From Pseudobdellovibrionaceae bacterium (GTDB lineage Bacteria; Bdellovibrionota; Bdellovibrionia; Bdellovibrionales; Bdellovibrionaceae): a stretch of DNA of 32,073 nucleotides. The notes beneath the pieces were generated by a model that was given only the letters and a program-made list of their open reading frames with translations, was not told the origin of the DNA and did not search any database. Below, one piece after another: positions 1 through 7,191 of this stretch (position 1 is its first letter; each line of letters starts with the position of its first letter). Where the stretch lies: assembly GCA_039810425.1 (NCBI GenBank), contig JBDHWW010000036.1:1-32073 (forward strand), written 5' to 3'. A program made the translations under genes and the position numbers.

Positions 1-171
1 CAGGGCTTGTTTTAGCCAAAGAAATTTGGCGAAGGAAAAATATTGCCCAAAGGGGATTGCTTTCTTACAGAAGAAGTATTGAAGGCCAAAGGATTTAACG
101 AGCTAGCGGATTCTTTTTGATGAACCTAAGTCGATAAAGTTCTTACGGGAGTCTTTAATTTATAGCCGAGA

Positions 172-226
172 TTTGAAGCCAATGGTCCATGTTAGTCTTA
201 GGACTTCATGGGCCTTGGTGTTTAAA
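172..226. terminator. Long imperfect inverted repeat, probable terminator of the SDR operon
   Basis: TTTGAA-GCCAA-TGGTCCATG..AGTC/GACT..CATGGGCC-TTGG-TG-TTTAAA pairs as a long hairpin 4 bp past the stop codon of the minus-strand ORF ending at 231. Confidence 0.45.
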
Positions 227-230
227 AAGT

Positions 231-1112
231 TTATTCAGGAAGCCGTGAGGCATTAATCAAATCAGAAAACCAACTTGATAAATCAGGTAACAATATTCCC
301 TCATCACCTAATTTCTTGAGACTCATTGTCCAGTCTTGTTCGACTCCGTACGGAGAATGATTTTCGCTGTTTGGTTCGCTCGTGCGAAGATAGGGCTTAC
401 CCGTTTTTCGCTCTATCAGCCGCATAAACTCCCGAAGTTCAATATCCCCAGGGCAGGCGCAATTGACAGGACCGAGAAGATTCGATTCGGCTATTTTGAG
501 TAAAGTGCTGCCCGCTATGTCTGACCGAATAAAACCGAGACGTGCTTTTTCATTAGGAAAATAAATAGGCAATTCTTGGGAGCATCTTTTAATGTGCCAA
601 TCAAATCGCCCCGTATAATCGTCGGTGCCGATAACGAGAGGCATTCGGGCCATGACCGGATGAAGTTTAGAAAATTTGGCGAAGGCCCATTCGGACTGTC
701 TTTTTGCTTCGGCGTAATCCTCTTCCGCTGAGACTTCTTTCGAGAATGAATGAATAACGGGATCAAATTTACTTTCTGGAATTGAAAGACCGTAGCCATA
801 AACGGATTGGGAGGACGTGAAAAGAACCCGCTCCGTCAGTCCTTCAAGCAGTTCGCAAATGGTAAGGGCTTCTTTCGCAGTAAAGCAAACCTGGTCGAAA
901 ACCAAATCCCATGTCTGACCTTTCAACGCAGTTTCTAATTCACTTCGTTCAAGTCGATTGGCTTTAATTCTACGGACTTGGCTGCCCAAACCGTCGTCGT
1001 GCCGACCGCGATTTAAAAGTGTGACGTCATAGCCAGATTCGAGAAGCGAAAGAGTGAGGTGGCGTCCAAAAAAACGATTACCACCAATAACAAGCGCTCG
1101 CTTTTGAATCAT
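231..1112 (-). CDS. NAD(P)-dependent epimerase/dehydratase-like (atypical SDR) protein
   Basis: N-terminal Rossmann motif LVIGGNRFFG, TSSQSVY and YAEAK (YxxxK); start overlaps the upstream stop (ATGA). Confidence 0.85.
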   Translation of the reverse strand: MIQKRALVIGGNRFFGRHLTLSLLESGYDVTLLNRGRHDDGLGSQVRRIKANRLERSELETALKGQTWDLVFDQVCFTAKEALTICELLEGLTERVLFTSSQSVYGYGLSIPESKFDPVIHSFSKEVSAEEDYAEAKRQSEWAFAKFSKLHPVMARMPLVIGTDDYTGRFDWHIKRCSQELPIYFPNEKARLGFIRSDIAGSTLLKIAESNLLGPVNCACPGDIELREFMRLIERKTGKPYLRTSEPNSENHSPYGVEQDWTMSLKKLGDEGILLPDLSSWFSDLINASRLPE

Positions 1113-2434
1113 ACAGAACCTTGAACGCCCTGAAGAATCATGCCTGTTTGAATCTCGACCTGCTTCTTGACCGAAACGGGCACGAGCTGAAATGAGTTTT
1201 CGTACTTTTCGAAAAGTGAATCAAAGGCCTTCTGGTGTTCCTGGACGAGTTGAGAAGCCTTTTGATTTCCTTCAAGGCATTTAATAAATAAGCGATGACG
1301 TTTAAGTTCGTTTTCGATGGGCGTCAGCTTTTCAAAAGTTGTTACATCACACTTCTGTGCTTTTTCGCCTTCATACCGAGGGAGATTGCTTTCTTCATTG
1401 GCCATTCCCTCGGGCGCTACTTTTAAAGTGAAAAGTGCGGACTTATACCAAGGATTTTTTGGGTCCGGATTATATCTCGTGATAATATCCATATCTTGGA
1501 TTCTCTGCTGGTGGACAGCACGGTCTATTTCCAATCCACGTCGTTTTAAGTCAATCAGTGGGACATCGACGTCCTCAAGGGAAATAAAGTCTCCGCCCGC
1601 AAGAAACATCGGAAGTTCAGAAATCAGACCAAATTTTCCGCCACATTTACGCAAAACATATTCGTAGGTAGACATCTTCATCATGGCGAGGATTTGCGGA
1701 GCATTTTTATATTCTTCCGCATATGACTCAACCGAAGGTGCTCCGATAAATCCTGGTGCGATATAGGTTAAAGTGGCGTCTCCCTTTGGTTTGTAGTCCC
1801 AGATGGGTAACCGATGGGTTTCGCAAAGGCGAGAAAGTCCAGCAATAACTTTCTGATTTTGAAAGTCACGGTCTACAACAAAAAGCGAGCCGCCTAAAAC
1901 GTGGGTCGTATGAAGAGTTACGTAGTATTCAATCCGCCCCTTGTAACGGTCTATATTTTTTCTGAAGAAGGCCACCTCAGGGCGAATTTCTTGTGTTTCT
2001 GATACCGGAATTCCGTGCTCACAATCTTCAGACGGTTGATTATTGCGGTAGTTATTCAAAAAGTAAGATTTGTAAGTCAGGTCCTTGGCCCACGCTTCGT
2101 TAAGAGCACTTCCGTCAGGGTCAAGCATCGGAAAAATCGAAAAAGTAAAATTATTTAGAAGCTCATCAAAATGAGATGAAGATGTAAGCTCACGAATAAA
2201 ATTATAAGTTGTTGCGATACCAACTGGTTCATCAGAATGGGCTCCAGAGGTCACACCAATTACTTTGGGGCCTCGGCCAATAGCGCAGAATAAAAGTTGA
2301 CGTCCTTCGCGCGAAAGCCCTGTGGTGTCGACAAAGACGTCTTTTTTGCCACGGATGCTTTCAAGCAATTCAAGCACTTCTTTATGACTGGGAACCTGCT
2401 CCGCTCCTGTAAAATTGAACTTAGGGATATTCAT
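1109..2434 (-). CDS. M14-family zinc carboxypeptidase-like protein, cytoplasmic
   Basis: GAHSDEP (HxxE zinc ligands), PMLDPDG, VTLHT (third ligand) and a downstream ISELP; no signal peptide; AGGAG RBS. Confidence 0.8.
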   Translation of the reverse strand: MNIPKFNFTGAEQVPSHKEVLELLESIRGKKDVFVDTTGLSREGRQLLFCAIGRGPKVIGVTSGAHSDEPVGIATTYNFIRELTSSSHFDELLNNFTFSIFPMLDPDGSALNEAWAKDLTYKSYFLNNYRNNQPSEDCEHGIPVSETQEIRPEVAFFRKNIDRYKGRIEYYVTLHTTHVLGGSLFVVDRDFQNQKVIAGLSRLCETHRLPIWDYKPKGDATLTYIAPGFIGAPSVESYAEEYKNAPQILAMMKMSTYEYVLRKCGGKFGLISELPMFLAGGDFISLEDVDVPLIDLKRRGLEIDRAVHQQRIQDMDIITRYNPDPKNPWYKSALFTLKVAPEGMANEESNLPRYEGEKAQKCDVTTFEKLTPIENELKRHRLFIKCLEGNQKASQLVQEHQKAFDSLFEKYENSFQLVPVSVKKQVEIQTGMILQGVQGSV

Positions 2435-3240
2435 ACTTTTCTCCTGCGTGCGGATGCTTTTACTCGCTTTTTATTTTTCCGTCCTGGCGTTTTTTGACTT
2501 TTTTGAACTCGATGGGATTCGGGCGTTGCGCGAATATACTCTTTGAACTGCTTGTAAAATCGCCCCAAATCACCATAACCAGCCAAGGCTGCGGCTTCTG
2601 CCGCCGGTTTTCCCGCAAGCAGATGAAACATGGCGACCGTCACGCGAAGGCCACGCTTATAGGCCATAGGTGGAAAGCCATAAGAAGCGCGAAATTGTCT
2701 GGAAATAACTGCGCTGGAAGTTTTGAGCTGGCGCGAGATAGCCGCCATCGAAATATCATCGGCAAATTTTTGATCGAGAAGATTTTTAACCCGAACGGCG
2801 GTGCCACTTGGTTTGGGTTGTAGGGGGACTTCAACGTCAGGCATATGACTTCGCAAGAAAGAAGAGACTTCGGCAAATGTTTTAGGAGTTGGCTCTTTTG
2901 AATAGATAAGGCACGGGGTTTGGGGCCAATGAGGTTCAGGAGGTGTAGCCGAAAATAGGCCTTCTATTTCAACACGGGTTCCTGCCTCATCGTACTCACT
3001 TGTCCAATCATAGGGTGGTACATACAGGTAGACTACTTTTTTAGACGCGACGAATTTTGAGCCGGATTTCCACGAGGTTTTTCCACTCAGCGTCTTCACT
3101 CGGATGAGCATCCAAAAAGGACCGGTAATGTCCATTCCATGACCCGCGCTCTTAACGTCGTATCTCTTCTCTACAAGGAAAAGATTCTTTTCAAGTTCTG
3201 AGCAGCGGATGAAATTGATATTTGAACGTTCTTTTCCCAA
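2431..3240 (-). CDS. AraC-family transcriptional regulator
   Basis: C-terminal double HTH pattern (SRQFRASYGFPP...AALAGYGDLGRFYKQFK); TTG start with GGAG upstream; start uncertain. Confidence 0.85.
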   Translation of the reverse strand: MGKERSNINFIRCSELEKNLFLVEKRYDVKSAGHGMDITGPFWMLIRVKTLSGKTSWKSGSKFVASKKVVYLYVPPYDWTSEYDEAGTRVEIEGLFSATPPEPHWPQTPCLIYSKEPTPKTFAEVSSFLRSHMPDVEVPLQPKPSGTAVRVKNLLDQKFADDISMAAISRQLKTSSAVISRQFRASYGFPPMAYKRGLRVTVAMFHLLAGKPAAEAAALAGYGDLGRFYKQFKEYIRATPESHRVQKSQKTPGRKNKKRVKASARRRKV

Positions 3241-3265
3241 GCGACAGTGTCTCCATTAAATTTAT

Positions 3266-4465
3266 TCACGACACCTTTTTGAGTCGGGTTTGTTGATTCA
3301 TCAACTGGTGAATCATTTGAATGCCCTCTTCTTGAAGGGCGTAGCCAAGATAATATTTTTCGCAAACTAGAACGCTGTTGCCGAGAGCCTTCGCAATCAG
3401 GGAGATGGATACCCCTGAATTAAGCAGGTGAACGGCATAGCTGTGACGGCAGTCGTGAGTCTTAAGATTTTGTTTTTCGCTCTCTTTGGGAAATGTCAGA
3501 CGACCCGCTTTTTTAATCAGTCGACTGTATTCAATGTCCCTCAGTTTTTCCTTAGTGGCCCGGTCAAGGTCGGCCCATGCTTGGACTCTTTGAAAATTAT
3601 TTTGAACGACGTAGGCGACTCGTTCTTTTCCAGTTTTCGTGGATGTGACTTTTTTGGAGTCTTTCAGCATTTGAGAGTAAACGGCTAACTGATTGCCGTC
3701 TAAGAGGTTAAACTGTCGGCCTGTCTTGATGTCTTTTTGCCGCTTCCCAAAAAGAGCAAAGGCTTCGCCAGTGCGTAGTCCTGTATAAAATAATGTGAAG
3801 AAAAGATTTTTGATGTCTTCTTTGAATTCTAAAAACTCCGTAGGGATTTCTAAGTTTCCAACGAGATTCAAAAATTCCGATTCCGTGAAGATGGTCGGCA
3901 CTTCGTTGTATTCGGCGGCTTCGAGCCTTTCACGGCGACCGATGAAGCCAAGCAGTGAGTTAAGACGAGAGCAAACCCGACGGTGAATGTTATTACGGTC
4001 AATTTTGTTGACCGCTTTTTGAAGTTCTTTGCGAGTGGCGGTTTTAAGGGAAAGGTTCTCACGGTCAATAACTAAAACGGCACGGGTGAAGCCCTGTTCA
4101 TGTCCCTTGGGGTTTACGATTTTTCGGTCTTCAATTCGTTCAGCCACGAAGTCGGCAAGGATTTTTTGATTATCAATGTGTTTAACGAGCCTGACTTTTC
4201 CATCTCTGATTTGTTGGCTTTTGTGAACCTCTGAGCGGATTTCTTTTGCGAGTCTTAAAAGTTCATCTCGCTTGGTTTCTGTCTGTTTGGATTTTTCCCA
4301 GTCGTGATTGAGGGCCTTGATGCGGTCGTTAGTGATAGTCTCAGCTTTTTTCGTGCCGTCCTTGTAGTGGACGACCTTTAGAATGGCAAAAGTTCCACGA
4401 CCCTTAAAGTCAGGATATTTGATAGTAAAATTGATTCTTTGAATGGCATTCGTCATCTCCGTCAT
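3266..4465 (-). CDS. Tyrosine recombinase / integrase (~399 aa)
   Basis: YTGLRTGEA (Arg), TKTG (Lys), HDCRHSYA (HxxR), LGNS, EKYY (Tyr). Start moved to ATG 4465 because the longer ORF overlaps the tRNA. Confidence 0.9.
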   Translation of the reverse strand: MTEMTNAIQRINFTIKYPDFKGRGTFAILKVVHYKDGTKKAETITNDRIKALNHDWEKSKQTETKRDELLRLAKEIRSEVHKSQQIRDGKVRLVKHIDNQKILADFVAERIEDRKIVNPKGHEQGFTRAVLVIDRENLSLKTATRKELQKAVNKIDRNNIHRRVCSRLNSLLGFIGRRERLEAAEYNEVPTIFTESEFLNLVGNLEIPTEFLEFKEDIKNLFFTLFYTGLRTGEAFALFGKRQKDIKTGRQFNLLDGNQLAVYSQMLKDSKKVTSTKTGKERVAYVVQNNFQRVQAWADLDRATKEKLRDIEYSRLIKKAGRLTFPKESEKQNLKTHDCRHSYAVHLLNSGVSISLIAKALGNSVLVCEKYYLGYALQEEGIQMIHQLMNQQTRLKKVS

Positions 4466-4616
4466 TTTCGGTATTTCCCTAAAGTTTCTGAACGAGACGA
4501 ATGGACGAAAGGCGATGCCGTCGTCGTTTTTGTTCAGTTTAAAATTTAGGTGAATACGAAGATTTAAAAAGTAATTGTTTAGAAGTTTTAAATGTTGCGA
4601 ACCTTCGGTTCGACAA

Positions 4617-4972
4617 TGGTGGCCCCGGGGAGAATCGAACTCCCACGCCCTTGCGGGCACTGGATTTTCTTACCACTCTGGTTTTCACCAGCTCACTGAT
4701 ACTTTGAGGTTCAGGGAGTTTGTGGTCTGGACTATGCCTTGACCGTGAAGCCTTACGGCTTGTTAGGTCCCGCTCGTCTAGTCTCTACACCTTCCGAAGA
4801 GATTTCTCTCTAAGGCTTGGCTCGGCATTAGCAATCTCATTAAAGAGATAAGCCTTCACCGAATTTGGGCGGTTCTACTCCGAGGGTTTCCCCAAGGGCA
4901 CTCAAGTTATGCTGACTTTTTATGAGGTCAGCGGTCTGAGTCCAGCGCGTCTACCAATTCCACCACAGGGCC
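4617..4972 (-). tRNA. tRNA-Leu(CAA), intron-containing; exons 4938-4972 and 4617-4668, mature length 87 nt
   Basis: Acceptor stem GGCCCTG/CGGGGCC plus A-CCA; D arm GTGGAATTGGTAGACGC; anticodon stem CTGGA/TCCAG with loop CTC^AAAA; long variable arm GCCC-GCAA-GGGC; T arm GGGAG-TTCGATT-CTCCC. Confidence 0.95.
4669..4937 (-). ncRNA. Group I intron (IC3-like, 269 nt, no homing endonuclease ORF) between tRNA positions 34 and 35
   Basis: Core motifs AAAUUCGGUGAA (P4), AAUGCCGAGCCAAG (P4/P6), GAAGGUGUAGAGACUAGACG (P6/P7), AAGGCAUAGUCC (P7); P3 CCGCCC/GAGCGG; GAAA tetraloops in P2 and P9; terminal G. Closely resembles the Azoarcus tRNA-Ile intron core as I recall it. Confidence 0.95.
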
Positions 4973-5135
4973 GTTGTGAAAAGTGAAATACGTTCTAATG
5001 GAAATAGGCCGCTTCGGACAAGTGGTTTTTCACAGTTCATGAATCTATTGCGCACTGAGTTAGTTTCTGTGGCGGTCGGTGTTTTTCGAGAATATACTCC
5101 CGGAGCTTCAAAACAACAAATTTTGGGAGAGTTTC

Positions 5136-5462
5136 ATGAAAATGTTCGCGATTCTTTTTGCATTTTTGAGTCTCAATACGGCCATGGCCGCGGATCCTTT
5201 TGTTCAAGTTATCATCAACGGTCAGACTTATAACTGCTCGGGCGGTGATAGCTCGGAAACTGCCTGCTTGAAAGTGGTTGATGCTGCCAATGCCAAATTC
5301 AAGGCTTGTGTGGCGGCGGGGTATTCTGGCGGCAGTTGCTACAATTTAGCTTTTTCAGGCAAGAAAGTGAATGACTGTACGATGTGGTCTGATGCTTGTA
5401 ACGATGCCTGTAAGCAGGCTGGTTATTCAGCAGGTTCTTGCTATAATTCTTGCTTCCAATAA
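5136..5462 (+). CDS. Secreted cysteine-rich small protein (108 aa)
   Basis: GGAGA RBS before ATG 5136; Sec signal MKMFAILFAFLSLNTAMA; 9 Cys; internal repeat ACxxAGYSxGSCYN twice; followed by a terminator. Confidence 0.8.
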   Translation: MKMFAILFAFLSLNTAMAADPFVQVIINGQTYNCSGGDSSETACLKVVDAANAKFKACVAAGYSGGSCYNLAFSGKKVNDCTMWSDACNDACKQAGYSAGSCYNSCFQ

Positions 5463-5477
5463 GTACTGTTAAAAACG

Positions 5478-5512
5478 AAAAAAGCCATGGCTCAAAACCA
5501 TGGCTTTTTTTT
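5478..5512. terminator. Bidirectional intrinsic terminator
   Basis: AAAAAAGCCATGG-ctcaaaa-CCATGGCTTTTTTTT. Confidence 0.9.
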
Positions 5513-5531
5513 ATGTCTATTTTAGATCGTA

Positions 5532-5717
5532 CTAGAAAGCGTAGATAAGGCGGGCGTTAGTCGAAGTCAGTTGGTTCGGCACTTCGGACATGTCCTTTTT
5601 AAAGCCCTTTTCCACGTTGCCGGTGACCTTCTTTTTAATGTCGGCTTTCTTTGTCTTCGTTGTGGAAGTGCCTTGAGCAAGGGCCGGGCCATTTGAAATA
5701 ACTTCAGGCCCTGTCAC
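5532..5717 (-). pseudogene. Possible small CDS or gene remnant
   Basis: Open frame converges on the bidirectional terminator; contains PALAQ (like a signal-peptide end) and ends ARLIYAF; no convincing start or RBS. Confidence 0.25.
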
Positions 5718-5786
5718 TAATCTTGTCACAAAATGAGATTTTAGGGCCAAAATGCCCCTCACTCCACACTCGGGAAGGGGCTTTGA

Positions 5787-5799
5787 TATCAAATACTTA
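5787..5799 (+). promoter_or_regulatory. IHF binding site
   Basis: TATCAAATACTTA matches WATCAANNNNTTR exactly and lies just upstream of a sigma54 motif. Confidence 0.65.
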
Positions 5800-5825
5800 A
5801 GCGTAAACGACGAAAAGCGTCATTT

Positions 5826-5842
5826 TTGGCACAGGGGTTGCT
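5826..5842 (+). promoter_or_regulatory. Sigma54 (RpoN) -24/-12 promoter
   Basis: TTGGCAC-AGGGG-TTGCT with correct GG-N10-GC spacing, about 45 bp before ATG 5887. Confidence 0.75.
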
Positions 5843-5886
5843 TTGTCTTGCTTGGAATCAAAAAGCTAAACCACGAGGAGAACACT

Positions 5887-7104
5887 ATGACGAAGTATTT
5901 CTATATCCTTGCGGCTCTAAGTATCGTTCCGAATTTGAGTTTAGCTCAGGCGGGGAACTTCGATGCCGAGGTCGATCAAGAACTCGACCAAATGTATGCG
6001 AATAAGCAGGCAGCAGTTGCTACAAATCCAGCTCCGACAACGGCAGCAGTGGGAGGAGCAGCGGCTCAGGGCAGTCAACCGATTTATATCTTAAATCAAG
6101 CGACACCGACGTCCACGGCAACAGCTCAATCAGCCCAGGTGCAAAAGCAACCAGTCGCGGTGATTGAATCAACTCCACTCGTGGAATCAAAGGCAGAGAT
6201 GATGAGAAAATCTCGTCAGGATGCTGAGGTTCAAACGGAGCAGAAGATCGTTGAAAAACTCGAGGCATCTCGTCTTGATGATGAAAAACGTCGTGCGGAT
6301 GTTCTCTTTGGAAATAAATTTGACCAATTGCAAGGCGCTTCCACTCAGATCAAAGCGGAGAACTCCAACGTGACTGTGTCACAAGGTCAAGTTCAGGCGC
6401 AAACTCCAGTCGTTGTTCAAGCGGCTCCAGTTGTGACTCCTGTGGAGCCTAAAGAAAACATCCGTGACGTTGTTCGTGAGGAACTGGCGGCTTCTAAAAA
6501 TTCCTTGAAATTGGAAGAGGTTGCGCCAGCACCAACGGAAGTTCGTTACTTCAGCGGTATCGTTGGCATCGGTGACTATCCAGATGTTAAAAACGTGCGC
6601 GGTAACTATTCATTCGGTGCGGCGTTTGGTACGAAGTATGACTCTCTTCTTGTCGAGGGTTCTTTCTTGTACTCAAACTACACCGTGGAAAAGCTTGACT
6701 GTAATTGCGTGAGCTTCTTCCCGACGTTGGTTGATACGAACCAGTATCAAGCCGCAGTCTCAGCGAAGTATCAACTGTTGGATGGTATGGTCCGTCCGGT
6801 GTTGGGTGGTTTGATTGCTTACAGCTACCGTAAATACAACTGGAACAGCTTGCCAAACTACGCGCCCTACAACAACTACGGTACATCTTCGGATTCACAC
6901 GCCATTGACTTGGGTGTGACGGCCGGTGTTGACTTGGAGCTCAGCAAGAAATTCGCTCTCGGTTTCGAGTACCGTTATATGTTTAATTTGTCGAGCCGCG
7001 TGGACAATCAGTCCATCATCGCAGCTTCGCAAAATCAGTACGGCACACCGCTTGAAAAGCTGAGCTATTACACAATGGCTATTGCCGCTAAAGTGAACTT
7101 TTAA
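5887..7104 (+). CDS. Outer-membrane beta-barrel protein with N-terminal low-complexity/coiled-coil region
   Basis: GAGGAG RBS; signal peptide MTKYFYILAALSIVPNLSLA; helical E/K/R-rich segment; amphipathic strands; C-terminal AKVNF. Confidence 0.8.
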   Translation: MTKYFYILAALSIVPNLSLAQAGNFDAEVDQELDQMYANKQAAVATNPAPTTAAVGGAAAQGSQPIYILNQATPTSTATAQSAQVQKQPVAVIESTPLVESKAEMMRKSRQDAEVQTEQKIVEKLEASRLDDEKRRADVLFGNKFDQLQGASTQIKAENSNVTVSQGQVQAQTPVVVQAAPVVTPVEPKENIRDVVREELAASKNSLKLEEVAPAPTEVRYFSGIVGIGDYPDVKNVRGNYSFGAAFGTKYDSLLVEGSFLYSNYTVEKLDCNCVSFFPTLVDTNQYQAAVSAKYQLLDGMVRPVLGGLIAYSYRKYNWNSLPNYAPYNNYGTSSDSHAIDLGVTAGVDLELSKKFALGFEYRYMFNLSSRVDNQSIIAASQNQYGTPLEKLSYYTMAIAAKVNF

Positions 7105-7128
7105 TTTAAAACAATATTCCTAGTGGTT

Positions 7129-7168
7129 GAAGGCCCTTATGAGAAATCATAAGGGCTTTCTTTTTTTT
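7129..7168 (+). terminator. Intrinsic terminator
   Basis: GAAGGCCCTTATGA-gaaa-TCATAAGGGCTTTC followed by T8. Confidence 0.9.
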
Positions 7169-7191
7169 GATTCTAGTGTCATCCTAGTGTC

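Larger units (their letters stand above)
1..4616 (-). mobile_element. Putative tRNA-Leu-integrated genomic island (left boundary outside window or eroded)
   Basis: Integrase starts about 150 bp downstream of the tRNA CCA end, cargo is co-oriented, and the region looks more AT-rich than the core genes; no att direct repeat found in the window. Confidence 0.55.

Noticed and set aside
1..120. Possible 3' end of a plus-strand gene
   Set aside because: The most protein-like frame has a stop at 13-15 and there is too little sequence to call
4466..4660. N-terminal extension of the integrase ORF (464-aa call)
   Set aside because: It overlaps the tRNA 3' exon and an AT-rich structured spacer; ATG 4465 gives a normal integrase length
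4664..4940. Alternative splice giving anticodon GAA (Phe) with the 5' exon ending at U33
   Set aside because: The intron would end in A rather than G, no U-G pair forms in P1, and the tRNA body (long variable arm) is Leu-type
5752..5886. Upstream in-frame extensions of the OMP (and of the ORFs at 5079, 18696 and 21896)
   Set aside because: Downstream starts have clear RBS and/or signal peptides; the extensions overlap promoters or other genes
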